64,000 bases of DNA. Source: Pseudogymnoascus verrucosus. Its lineage: Eukaryota. The translations under genes and the position numbers were made by a program. The stretch lies in the NCBI GenBank assembly GCA_001662655.1, contig KV460208.1; one strand, given 5' to 3'. Positions 13,481-26,025 of this stretch are shown here, one piece after another (position 1 is the stretch's first letter; the number at the start of each line of letters is the position of its first letter). The notes under the pieces were generated by a model. The model did not search any database and had not been told where the DNA came from. It saw nothing but the letters and a program-made list of their open reading frames with translations.

Positions 13481-14084
13481 TTCGCCCGGCTTATTTGCTA
13501 ACTGAGAGATCTCATCATGGGGATGGAGTGCCCATAACCCTGATCCTGCATCTGACCCGCTGTGTATGGTCGTTGCTCGAGAGGGGGTGTGGGTGCTACT
13601 CCTTATGATGAGATGGGGGGTTGGTTCAACAGCTATTTTTCATTTGTTTCCGCAGCACAGCGCAGTTCAACCTGCGCATCGCACTGCATTCACTTCTCAC
13701 ACGACCTATCAACCCCCCTCCCTCCCCTCACCCCCTGTCTCCACAACAGCGGCGGGACGGGGCAGGACGGGGTACGATCCGGTCCATTTACCTGACCTTT
13801 TTTTTATTCACACGCATCATCATCATCACAGAGATACCCACGCATACACCACGACAGGCGTTTACCCTCATGAACTACATCCCGAGCCCACTCCATATAC
13901 CCATTATTAGACAGAAAGGAGCGGGGGCTCGGGCGGCGACAGTGCTTTTTACGCCATCGCTGGGACGGAATTGGCGTTTGAATGGGGTGTATTTTGGGAC
14001 GCGGGGGAATGACAATGCTGCGCGCTATTGTTCTTGCTGCGTCTCGTGGGGTCTAATTTATTTTTTGTATTTTTTAAACTTCTA

Positions 14085-14170
14085 GGGGAGAGGAGAGGGG
14101 AGGGGGAAGGGATAGGGAAGGCGAGGGATTTAGGGGAGGGATTTAGGGGAGGGATTTAGGAGAGGGTGGT
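14085..14170 (+). repeat. G-rich tract with three GGGATTTAGG(G/A)GA units
   Basis: gggatttaggggagggatttaggggagggatttaggagaggg at ~14125-14166 within a purine-rich run. Confidence 0.6.
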
Positions 14171-15163
14171 TTGGAGGGCAGTACATATGACTGCGGTATA
14201 TATGATAGAGGGGAATATATATTTCTCATTTATCCATTTATCATGGTCATAACGTCTATATGTGCAAGTAGCCGAGCAACCCCGCCACATATGAACAGAA
14301 ACCCCATATCCAACCACCATCTGCACCAACTCGGAAATAGAAATCCATGTATATAAACACTAGCACACGAGACGTCCCACGTTGCATCCCCTCCCCATAT
14401 GAACAGACATATCACATTTACCCACCATCCGCACCCTACCTAGGGATAGAAATCCATGTATATATAAGACCCCCCGCCACGCCAACTCTAGCCTTGGCTG
14501 CCTCATCACAGACCCATAAATATGGAGCGGACAACTCCTGCCTCCAACCACTGCGGCGCGAGAAATTCAACCACTCTTGATAGATGCGTGGTGTCTAACA
14601 ACCGACGTGGTGTCCCTAACCCGCATCTGGCTATGCTCCGGTCATTCACCCGAATCATCCCCTGTCGTCGTTGTTGCCGTTCCAGGCTATCGGTAGCTGT
14701 TGTTGCACCACCTAGCTGTTGTCGCGCTTTTCTCACCACCTAGGGAATTTCTCACCGCTGCGCTCACACCTTCCGCACCTCACATCAAACCAACCGATCC
14801 CTCCCAACTATTACCACCCCGTCGGTGGTAGTAACACCACCTTCCTTGTCGTATATGTTGTATATGGTGTGGCCAATATGTGCACCTGCAGACTCGTGTC
14901 TTGCCCCGAGCTAGATCAAGTATATAACGTCTTTCTAAATCCCATGTATGTCATAAATCCTTTTCTTTGTGCCCATACCCTCCACCTCCGCTTCTCGATG
15001 GGATGAAGGAACAGCTCTTTGCTGTACCCAGGTTATCGTCTAATCCGTATAATCCACAATCCACTTCTCTGTTTCTAAATCTACGCAAAAATTGCAGTCT
15101 GGTTTATAATAAAAAAACAGCCTCCATGCAATATGTCAAGCTCACAGAGCGTCAGAAATTGCA

Positions 15164-16130
15164 TCACACAACGATGGCAGCTCGGTCTGCCCCTCGGCCC
15201 AGAAATAGACGCACTATATCGTCGTGGCCCAACATGACAGCGACATGTAAAGGAGTGCATCCCGTCATATCTCGCATATGAAGACACTCTAGGCGACGGT
15301 CTACCAGCAGCTGAGCTGGAGCATGTGCACCAGTCAGCACGGCGACATGAAGTGGTGTCCGGCCTTGGTTGTCTTGGAGCTCTAAATCTGCCTCATAGTC
15401 CAATAGCGCGAGGACGACATCGATATGCAGCCCTGCGGTAGCGATGTGCAGGGCGGATTGACCATGATCCGTTAAGAGATCAACGTCTGCAGGGTGTGTT
15501 TTCAGGAGCAACCGCACGGTGCTGGCCTGCCCATAGTAGGCTGCGAGATGCAGTGCGTTGTAGCCTGAAAGCTTATCCGGGTCCCCGAGCCAAAGTAGGT
15601 TTTTGAGATCATGCATTATGTAGGATGTGTTGTTGAACGGCTGATCATTACTGAATAGCATGGTGTCCACAACATTATGGTTGTCATTGTGGCCTTCGTC
15701 GATAGGAGCAGGAACATCCAGGGCCTGAACCTGGTTTTGCCCTTGATCCTGTTGTTCTGGTAGAGGTAGATTGTATGTTTCGGAGACTTGATCCGTAATA
15801 GTGAGGCAATCCCGAGACTGGGTCTTGGATTTGGACGTTGGTGGGGATCGCCGGTCCTGCTGCTGCTTCTCTTGCCAGACTCGTGCTGGCGGCCGAGGGA
15901 TGGTATAAGGTTGGGTCCAGGTAACGGTGTCGCTGATATGTTGCGACGAGTGACGCTTCCGCTTCTCGCCTGGCATGACAAGGATGTGGGTCAACATTTG
16001 CTCGTGCTCCGGTGGTACAGCAACGCGGACGGGGACAATACCTACGATGATTGCGCTGTGCTATTCTGTTCTGCAACCGTCTCCGCTCCGCTGCGTTCAT
16101 GTCATTTATATCAGAATGATGGAGAAGCAT
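15164..16130 (-). CDS. bZIP-basic-region plus ankyrin-repeat transcription factor (bANK type, ToxE/Aps2-like)
   Basis: Exon 1 MLLHHSDINDMNAAERRRLQNRIAQRNHR (basic region); GT-AG intron ~16045-15970; exon 2 has four ankyrin repeats (GYNALHLAA, GQSALHIA, GRTPLHVAV, GCTPLHVAV). No clear leucine zipper. Confidence 0.85.
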
Positions 16131-18015
16131 TCTGTCGTCTGAGAAGTGATCTTTACGCGGCGAAGCTGAGCATATAGATTCCTATTTCCTGACTAGGGGC
16201 CAGATCCCCAGCGTCCTTCAGAACAAGCCAGAACGCCATGTTTCCTCCCCCACGACAAGGGTCCCAGCAAGGAAGCTGCGAAGATGGGATGGCAGGCCAC
16301 AAAGCATATCCAATTGCTAACGAACGATGAGCCTATGACATAGACACGGATACGTCACCGTCTTGCCCGTCTTGACTCAATGGCCATAGCCAACCATGTA
16401 AGCATTCCGCCATCTACTGATCTATGTCGCCAGCCGCAACCAGTGCTGGCCGTGATATCTCCGTATTCCAGCACCTGCAAAACTATTGGTTACATCGTCC
16501 CATCTGTTGCATTGAAGGATTGGCATCCTTCCATCCTAAACTCAGATAACTTACCTAAAATAAGGGCTGCATGCAACTGATCTGTCGATTACGGCGCTAG
16601 ATATGCTAGATACTCACGTCAGGCCGCTTGGCGACTAGTGTTAGTCACGATGTCTCTGCAGTCCAGCAAATACAAATCTCCTGGTCACATTAAGAGCACA
16701 TATAATGGTTGGCACATATAATGGTTGATATACAGGGTCATGGATAGCAGTGGAGCCCTACCAATTATTACCCGTAGATACCCCCCAAGGTAAGATGCAC
16801 CATTACTAAAGAGGAAAATGATGACATGCGTGAGGTACTGTATCTTCAGGGGATCGTTTAGGTTATGTTTTAGGCGCAGGGGCGCATCAGGGTCTGGCAC
16901 CTTGCATCAAAGGATTTCCCAGGATTGTGGACCCGACGGACCCGAGCCAGTCCGAAGGAATTCACGATGCAAAAACCATGTAGTCGCGAGTTTGAGCTGC
17001 GCCTCGAGCTTGCTCTCCTTCCCTTTTTTCCGAGGATCAGACGGGCAATTGTAGGGCACCATTATGTTTAAGAAACAGCGCCACGGCATCCCATGCTAAC
17101 GCCATTTTGGGACGGCCTGCCCAAGATGGAAGCTCATAAGGACCCTACTTCCACTATTCCTTAAGTAATCTGATCCCATGTTTCCACGGGCAACATATGC
17201 CGGATATGTCTTACATGTAGGCATGCATGTGAAACGCTTCTGACCATCGACGGGGAACTCGGTAAATGATTCCCCATGTGGCCAAGAAGGTGAGAATGAG
17301 ACGAGAACAATTATCGAGGGTGTGATAGTAGTGAGAAACACCGTTTGGATGCCCGAGAAGTCTTAATATGAAACTTTCACTAGCGGGTAAATTCAGCGAT
17401 CCACAGAGTGGAAGAGTCAGCTTCAATACAGGAATCTTCAGCCACCCGTGTTAAGCATATATGTTCCTATAATTATTTAGTCAAATAGTGCTTTACCACC
17501 TTGGCCCCCACGCAGGTATCTCCACCCTGTTGCTATGATTGGGTTGTAAATGTCTCAGTGCGTCGCGGAATTGTCCGAGCAATTATGGAGCTACCTTCGT
17601 ATATTTTGAGGCACAATACGAGACAACGTAAGCTCAAAAATATCTGTAGATTATCTGCCAGTAAAGATTCTTCAGATCTACATGTGTGGCTTCAGGTAGA
17701 GGAGGACCATCTGTAAATGCCGCCGGTTCCGTTTTCGGTCAAGTGGAAGTGGTTGGTGCGTATTTAGCTCAAGTCTAACGAACTAAAGGTGCATCGATTG
17801 CCTAGCGCTGGACCGCTGCTAATGACCGTTGAACGGGTTCCGGATTGGGAACGAGTCGGTCCGACCCGAGAGCATAAACGCTCCCTCAACTGCAGGATCG
17901 ACATTACCCACGAACCGCGCCTAAATCCAGTGCCATGTAGCGCTATCATCACCTTATTGAGTATGATACGGGACTCTATCTACCATCAACACTACGCAGT
18001 TATTTATAATAGCTT

Positions 18016-18140
18016 GGCAGATGCTTCGCTTCCGTGGCAAATGCTTCTCTTTCGTGTTAGACGCCTCTCTTCCGTAGCAGATGCTTCTCACCCATCGCCG
18101 ATGTTTCTCTTTCGTGGCAGATGCTTTGCTTCCGTGGCAG
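18016..18140 (+). repeat. degenerate ~20-nt tandem repeat (GGCAGATGCTTCGCTTCCGT) upstream of the second ankyrin gene
   Basis: About 5-6 imperfect copies are visible between 18016 and 18140. Confidence 0.65.
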
Positions 18141-18223
18141 CATTTAATCTATACAGGAGGCCTGGAGAGGATCACTTCCTCATGAGTCGTGCGATTTCTC
18201 GACTTGTGCAATCTTGAAAGCAA

Positions 18224-19258
18224 ATGTCCAACCGACGGCCGCGCCTGCCACCCAAACCAGGGAACCCCTCGGGCCAGGAGAAGAGCGGTAGGTAACGCCA
18301 CAAGTTACCATATATAATTTTTTGAGCTACCATAATGTAGCGAGTCGGTGCCAGACTGACAATGATTACAGATTTTCCGCAGCCCAGCCAGAGCTTAGAA
18401 AGCCGCAGACAAACCCGCCATGCCCCAAAGGAGCTGGTATGGACAGAGCCACGTACTATTCCAGCAGCTGTCCACAAGAACGCCCCAATATATTCGACGC
18501 CGCCGAATGAGATTCTGTTGAGCAGGGATGGCGAAATAACAGACTTAATGAAACCGCTTTGTGCGTTACAGGACGGCTTAGCACAGAGCTGGAAGACGAA
18601 TTCGGAGTTCCTCGATCTTGAGAACATGTCAGATGTGGCAGACGACCTCGATGATGTCCAAAGCTTCTTTAATTATCCCACACCACTACCCGTTGTTGGA
18701 CCCGTAACTACACGTTCCCTCGAATCAATGGACCAGCAATCTTACCAACTGCACCTCAGCTCAAACCACATGGGCAGCCACATACAAACCAGCAATAGCG
18801 AGGATATGAGTGATAACTCCTCACCTTCGTGCGAGTTGGCACGTCTCAATGGGTTTAGTGCTGTCCATCTCGCTGCGTACTTTGGAAAGCTTTCCATCAT
18901 TCGCCTTGTTCTGTCAACTTCTCCTGAAGATGCAGACTTACTCAACAACAACGCCCAAGCTCCTCTTCACATTGCGGCTTCTGAGGGCCACGCCGAAGTA
19001 GTGGGCGAGCTCCTCCGTTTAGGTGCAAATGCGACCCAGCAAGACAATGATGGGCGCACAGTTTTGCACGTAGCAGTGTTAAAGGGACGTTTGAACATTG
19101 TGCGCTTACTGCTGCGCAGCGTTGACGCTCAAGGTATAATCAGCATGGCGGACAACGCTGGGAAGACTCCTTTGCACCTTGCCGTAATGCAAGGGCGCAA
19201 TCAAATTGTGCAAGTACTGTTAGAGAGGGGTGCAAATACACGAACTCCAATCCGTTAG
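18224..19258 (+). CDS. ankyrin-repeat protein, paralog of the bANK regulator, no intact basic region
   Basis: Probable ATG 18224 (MSNRRPRLPPKP...), intron GTAGGT 18287 to ~18370, then ORF 18362..19258 with four ankyrin repeats (GFSAVHLAAYFG, QAPLHIAA, GRTVLHVAV, GKTPLHLAV). Shares WT[EQ]PxTIP with the 15164..16130 protein. Confidence 0.8.
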
Positions 19259-20783
19259 GGAACAGAAGAGCCGATAAATACTACATAGAACGATTGGAAT
19301 AATTAGACAATTCAATTTACTACTGTACTACTACTCAATATACTGTACTGTTGTGAAGCCAGCTTCCGTTTGTGCCAGGAGACATTTTCGTTCACCGGGG
19401 AAATGCGCCAAAAATTAAGTGCAGTTCTCCACAACCCTGAAATATGCTCAACGGCTTTAACCTTGAGTACCCCTCACTCCTGACCATCGGATAAAGCGGC
19501 AAGAGACGTCGGGTTCTCTGCGGCAAAACTTCCCCGAACAAAGCTACGTACGTAGGGTTTGAGACATCAGGGGCCCCGCACCCCACGCACCCCACGACGA
19601 GTCTGGAGGAGCTGTTAAGCCACGAATCCTTTAGTTGCTATCTTTCTGCATATGCACAGACTATGGTGCAAGAGTCATGGCACAGTACTGAGTAAATACG
19701 GTGCGAATGATGCAGCTACGCTAGGCCAAGGACTGAGACATACCCTGCAGAAGGAATACGATATAGAGTGAGTGGGGAGGAGGCGCTTCAACTAGCTCGA
19801 TATTACTATAAACACACACCCTTCCCTGACAAGGGTAAAAATAGACCCGATTGGGGAGGAGCGGACGCTAAGACGCGCGTCCTAGCGTCAGATGGAGGCT
19901 GCGCTGATGTGTGCGCTAAAGAATCAAGCATGACCCCAGTAACGATCTGATAGTCTTGGTAGCCGCCTCATTGGTTGATCGGCAATGGATGGCCGTTTCC
20001 CGCTCAGGCTCGGTGGTGATATTGGGTGATATTTGGTGATATTGATGAATAGCGTGGCACCAAGTATTCCGAGTGCTGTTGAGCAGAGCTATTGATTTGG
20101 GTTAAGGAAAAACGAAAGAAACCCAGCCTCCAGACAGCGGCCAGATTGGTGATGAAAGGGGGACATTTTCATAATAATTTTATGACAGATTAATAAACGA
20201 CCAGGAAACAATTAACTGCCTCTTCAACAATGACCATAGCTAATACGAATCTCATTACTTGATGGTATCATGGACGTTCAAGTTCTAGAGCAGGCGAATA
20301 GGTGAGACAGAAAGGCCCTCAGCGAGTTGGTAACAGAAGATTCACACGATTGTATATTTTGGAATATGGGTACTCCCTCAGAGACATATATTGCCTACTT
20401 TACAGCCTGTTGGCCATGAGTGAGCTGCCACTCCAGGGGTCCAGGGGGCTAGGTTATAAGGCCGCGGGACACTCCGGACGATATGCCACCCCATTTCGGG
20501 TCATAAGCTGCGAAGCTCTTCTGTTCGTTGGATGTGCGAACCAAAGCGGACTCAGACCATAAACAGCAAGACTCCCAATCACATCCAGCTCTACGGCTAA
20601 TACCCAACTTATTCCCACAGGACCCTGCTGAGGCGGTGTATTTTATATACTCAGAGTCCGCAGGTATAAGTATGCCGTCTGCCAAGTAACTTGGCCCTTC
20701 GGATTCCAAAGTCAGCTTACTTCACTTGCTCTACCAGCGCCTTTCCTTTTTTATACTAGGGATCTCAGCCATAGTCCTCGCCC

Positions 20784-21825
20784 ATGGACAGTGCACACAG
20801 GGCATCTGCCATTGCGCAGATTGTCTTTTACGCACCGACTGTCCCGGCGACTTTGTACGTGGGCATCCGAGCCTGGAAGTATGGACCACGCCTGGCGTGG
20901 TATCCTGCCATGGCATTTGCATGTGGTAGGATGACTGGAATCCAGCTGAGGATTGGTGCGAGGTTGCTAACAACTATGATGCAGCCCGACTTACTGGCGG
21001 CGCTCTTGTTCTCGCGAGCCAACACGACCCCGAAAATACCCACCTACTTACCGCTACTATCGTCCTGCTCAACATCGGTCTTGTCCCGCTTATTATGCCA
21101 TTTCACGCCTTGACTCGTATCGTGTAAGTCAAAACATCTTGCTCTCTATCATACAAGTATCGTTTCTAAAACCCAGATGTTTCCACAGAGTACAAGCAAG
21201 CTTCCCAGGCGATCGGAGAAAGAACATGTTCCTTAGAGTTACTAGATTCCTGCTTTTTGCCTCTGTTTTACTCCTATCTGTTTCTGGGGGCTTATATGGC
21301 AACCCGGATCGCTCTAAGGTGCAGTCAACACTATCCAGGGTTGCATATTTCGAATTTGCCTTTGTTCTCGTAGCACTATTTGGCATGGCTGCTTGGCTAT
21401 ACTTTGTGGCCCGAGACAAGATTCAGGACGGTCAAGTCATTGTATGTATAACCCACCATTCCACGTCAGTATCCATAACCCTAGTGCCGCAAAATATTGA
21501 CCTTCAACCTCAGTATATCAAGTGGCTGCTTATTGCTTCTCCAATTCTCTGCATCCGTACCGTATTCGGGATTATCAGTGTGTTTGAGGCCACGGGCAAA
21601 CACTTCCTTACTTCGATATGGAGTCCGATGTTTGGTAACGCGGTTCTCTTCTCGCTCATGGCCCTTGTGCCCGAATTCATCGTACTTTGTATTTTTGTCT
21701 ACCTCGGACATTATCGTTACAGCACGGCTGACCAGTATGGGTTGGTTCCGCGGAAGGGGTTGTTCGAGAGGAGCGGCAAGAAGGATGAGGGAGAGCAAAC
21801 GAGCGATTCAGTCAAGATGACATGA
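20784..21825 (+). CDS. RTA1-like multi-pass integral membrane protein
   Basis: Spliced ORFs 20784.. and 21139..21825 encode about 7 hydrophobic segments ending ...PILCIRTVFG...LMALVPEFIV, typical of RTA1-like fungal membrane proteins. Confidence 0.7.
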
Positions 21826-22079
21826 TTATGCCAGAATTCTAGAGCAGGGCTGGATTTTTAGGAGACGATAAATTATTTTTATTCTGAAGACATTTTATAT
21901 TTTTATTGATTTAATAAATAACATTCAATAACAATGAAGTCGTGGACGTAATAATTTTACCCTAGAGATATTGATATCAATACCACACCACGTCGCCGTA
22001 TATTAATTTCATAATTATTTTTACTGCCTTCAGTCTTTACATGCAAGTATTGCCCAAAAGTCTATCATTCCTTGCTCTA

Positions 22080-22484
22080 TTATTCCTTTTTCTTATGCGC
22101 GATCACTCCATCAACCCTCTTCCACGCTCTAATCCCCTCCACAGCGCAACTAATCTCCCACATCCACCAAACCCTCGACCACCTTCTCACCCCATGTCTC
22201 CGCATCCGCAACTGGTCAAACAGCACCACCTCTCCCGCATGAGCAAAGGCAAGTAAAGGCACAAGAGTGCGAGCCATCCAAAGCGCCTGTTCGGCGCCGC
22301 CGGGAAAGTACTGCGTAAGCAGGTTCCATATGTGGTCTCCCGGTGTAATCCACGGCGATGCTACTCCCGTACCGAAGAGAGCTAGCATGCAGCCGATGAC
22401 GAACCAGTCCAGGGGGGACGGTGTTGCGTATTCCGTGATAGTTATGGCGCTGGTATTGACATTGTTGCGGCGGTAGCTAGTCAT
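22080..22484 (-). CDS. small integral membrane protein (134 aa), resembles the C-terminal membrane part of fungal DUF2470 proteins
   Basis: Single ORF with hydrophobic helices and the motif AHAGE..F...RMRRHGV..WS.VWW.W..SCAVEG..AW.R. Confidence 0.65.
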   Translation of the reverse strand: MTSYRRNNVNTSAITITEYATPSPLDWFVIGCMLALFGTGVASPWITPGDHIWNLLTQYFPGGAEQALWMARTLVPLLAFAHAGEVVLFDQLRMRRHGVRRWSRVWWMWEISCAVEGIRAWKRVDGVIAHKKKE

Positions 22485-23000
22485 TTTGACAGTATGGGTG
22501 AATGGTGGAAAGTGTACGTGAACTTGTAACCAAAGAAATTGCTGTATTGTGCTGGGAGTACTTGTACTTGTAGTTGAAAAGAATGCGGCTTTGGAAGGAG
22601 ACGTTCAGAGTTTGTCAATTTCCAATGTTTAAGAGATTGTTGGCGCGTGAAAAAAATCGGAGGTGGCCACCGAACTTTATATATTCGCCTTGGGGACTGC
22701 GGCTGCCCTCTTTGTTCGGCTGATCGACTCGGAGGGGCTGACAGGCACCTATAAGGACCTACCGTAAAACGATTAGATCTTATTCTGATATCCGAAAACG
22801 ACGTGTAATTTGCATAGATCACAGAGGCATCCAGTAAAAGGAAGACATGGGAATTTAATCATGCCGATTTGTGATTCTAAATTACAATATTCCAAGATTA
22901 TCTAACCAGCTTGCCCGCCGAGATGATCAATAAACAGGAAAGATAAAACAACGCTCGACGCCGCCTCTATATAATATACGCCAAGCCAATCTCGCGGCAA

Positions 23001-24429
23001 CTATCTACGGGCCATAGACAGGCTGGGTTGCCGTCCAATGAGCAGCTGAAATGCAATAACGACGCCCTTAGCGGTCTCGACGGGATTCACCACATCAATG
23101 AATGCCCTGACTCCGAGAAACCCTCCCTGATACGTCCTGGGATAAGTTTCTCCAGGCTCGCGCTCGCATGCTTCGCCAGCCGGCCCATACTTGTAAGGGG
23201 CCACGGGGTACGCCCAGATGACGAGGAGAGAGATGGGAACCATCTCCAGGCAGCTGAGAAGAGCCGGAATGCCAATGTTTAAGTCGGCGTAGGTGAGCTT
23301 ATCGGTGGGATTCAGCACGGGGGTACTTTCGAGGATCCAGAAGATAATCTGCACATAATTATGTTAGCAATGGTGTTCTTGGTGGTGATAGTTGCTCTTG
23401 TTCTCTCGAGGTAGTTGGACTCACCCTTTGAGTGAAACCGAGGCCAACAACAAGCTTAGCGGAAAGAAGCTTGAAAATAAGCCTCTGCTGCGGCATATGA
23501 GGCTTCATGGTCAGTGCGACGAATACCACCGATACGAAGGCAATGGTCGGCGAGATACTGTCGATAATGGCGAGCTATAGTAGAAAGTGTTAACACCAAG
23601 CAACAGTCTGGTAAAAGGCGGCAATAAAGAGCGTGCTCACCCATAGTTTGGCGTAGCGCGGCATGATCTTGTACTGGCAAAAGACGCCGACTGCTTCGGT
23701 CACGACGGTTGCGATTGCGCATAGCACCGAAATGAGGACGTATTGAAAGACGCAAATCCAGCGTTGCTATAGTGTGATGGTTAGTAAATATCATGCATTG
23801 CCAAAGAGGCGGGGAGCATATAAAATCCGAGGAAAGAACTTACTCGGAACCATTTCGCGCCGTCCATCCCCTGTTTTCGAGCCCTCTTATCCTTGAGCTC
23901 AATAGTAGAAAAGAAGAGATCCCTCCCATGGTCGTGGGGCGACACATATTCGCAGAGAAGGAGGAAGTAGGCGGCTAGGCAGCTGGCCGTGAAGACGTCA
24001 AGCCAAGGGAGGAGGTAGACGGCAGCGTTGGGCAAGCAGATGCAGAGGAAGCAGATGATGGAGTAGGAGGGGACGAGAAGAGCGACTCTCATGATCCTAG
24101 ATAAGGCAAAGTTTGTCAGTAAAAAAATTGAGAGCGACAAAATAGGGCAACATATGAACGCTAGTAGTGGGCGTACTTTAGTTGTTCGCGGGGCACGCTG
24201 AGATGTGTCGCGTGGTTAAGCAAGTGCAGGAAAATAGCGATGACAGCAAACGCAGCGGATGCGCCGCCCAGTATCATGTCAAATGTGTAGAAGGTCATGG
24301 ACCCGAAACTTGGCGAGGTAGCATCTGCACGGGGGTTAAAAAATTGTTATTTCATAGATTCCCCTTCAGCTTTCAGCTTTGCTTACCTGCGGAAAGGTCG
24401 TGTACTGGGCACGACGCCGAATTACCCAT
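23001..24429 (-). CDS. organic solute transporter Ost-alpha / TMEM184 (DUF300) family protein
   Basis: Multi-exon model from ATG 24429: MGNSASCPV...HATHLSVPREQLKIMRVALLVPSYSII...FLLLCEYV...WICVFQY...LSCLEMVPISLLVIWAYPVAPY...YQGGFLG.RAF.DVVNP. Confidence 0.85.
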
Positions 24430-26025
24430 CTTTGCGTGTGTATAGCGCTGTTTGCGCTGGAAATTTCACTTGTGCCCAACCCAAAAAAAAGAAAGAAGGG
24501 TAGCTGGCGATGAATCGTAAAATCGGCGGCAGTACAAAGGCAGCTGGCGAAGAGTTATAAAATTCAGTTGGACACGAAGGTGAACAACGTCTCTTTTTGT
24601 CTCTAATTGTAAAAACAACAAAGAAAAAAACTTGGGCAAGCAGCTTTGGGGATAAAAACTCCCAGGGTGGCCCTGCGGTTCCATATATGCAAGCACTCAC
24701 TCGGGCAGCATCTACAGTGCGCACTGTGATGACAGGGCAGTCCTAGCGACCTCCTGAGACGGTTTGTCTTACCACGGTCCAACAGCACTCCAACAGCACT
24801 GAAAGCAATCTCACCGAGGGCAATCCCACACGCCATTGGCCTACTGAATGTGCCTCCATAATTACTGTATAGCCACATCGTGGGGGCATGCGTAATGGCC
24901 CTACGTCCTGCCATTGCACATAGTACTGTGCTAGTATTGTTGTGTAGTGTTGTATTGATGATTGTACCATATCCGGCACTAGCAAGGGGTAAGATCTCGT
25001 TCCCAAATAGGAAGAGCGAGAGCGAGCCACTTTTAGATCACGCAGAACCCCGAAACCCCGAGAGTGTAGCAGCAACATTAGGCGGCGACCACTCAAAACC
25101 CAGGCCGCGCGGTTGGGGTATGAGTCTCGTACCCGATTAGGAAACGAGTCGATGCAAACGAGTCGATGCGATGTGACATGGCACGTAAAATACCTCCTTG
25201 CAGAATTTACTTAGCTATCAGGGCCACAGAACATGATTATATCAGTCAGCGAGCACACACTGCAACCACCCAAGCCACCAGTTTTCTCGCAGGGACCATT
25301 TGGTGTCCAACGTCAGATAACCTTCCCGCTCCATAGATTTCCCCCATACCCTCCCTGTAGGACAAGCCTAACCAAGGCGACCGTTAAGGCTTGGGCTACT
25401 TTAGTTTCGATCAACACGGCTACGCTAGGACGGCTTACATCCTTGGCCGATGGCAGGTCAAGGGTCCCTGTTTAGTGTGACAGAAGGCATAAAAGTGTGA
25501 GTGGAGCCTCCAGGGACAGGACTAGAACTGGGATAACCTTGCCGCTTTTGTTATTTCCACACCGCGTCAGCCGTGGGGTCCTATTTCGTATCGGCCGATA
25601 GCTGATATTGTCGCGCGACTAAATCCGCCGTGTAACCCGAAGCAGTATCTTTCAAGGTAGCACAGTACGCAAGATGCCGCGTGTAAGGAACGGGCTGGCC
25701 TGGGGGGAGTTTAGCCTGTTCTCGCCTTTAGTTCCGCACCAAGAGCCGAGCTCACTTTTCCCCTTCCTTCCGTCAACGACAGGCCTTCCCACCTGGCGCC
25801 TTACAGGGCCGAGTGGGATGAACTTGAGAGCTTTCCTCTACTTCATTTTATTTCATATTTTATCTTTCTTATTTGACTTTTATATAGTCATGGCTGTTGA
25901 CTAACGAGCTGTTAATATACACGCTTGGGAAGTTATAATTATTTATTTCATATACTAAAGCTAATCCATTTTCATATGTCACGAATAGACTCACTTTGGC
26001 CCAAAACAATAGCCAAATAACTACG

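Noticed and set aside
14085..14170. Telomere-like TTAGGG repeats
   Set aside because: The unit is a 13-mer with spacers, not tandem TTAGGG; not a telomere.
18016..18140. CRISPR-like array
   Set aside because: Eukaryotic context, degenerate adjacent repeats without unique spacers, no cas genes.
18322..18510. Frame-shifted remnant of a bZIP basic region (…SAAQPELRKPQ…) in the second ankyrin gene
   Set aside because: Similarity is too weak to distinguish from chance.
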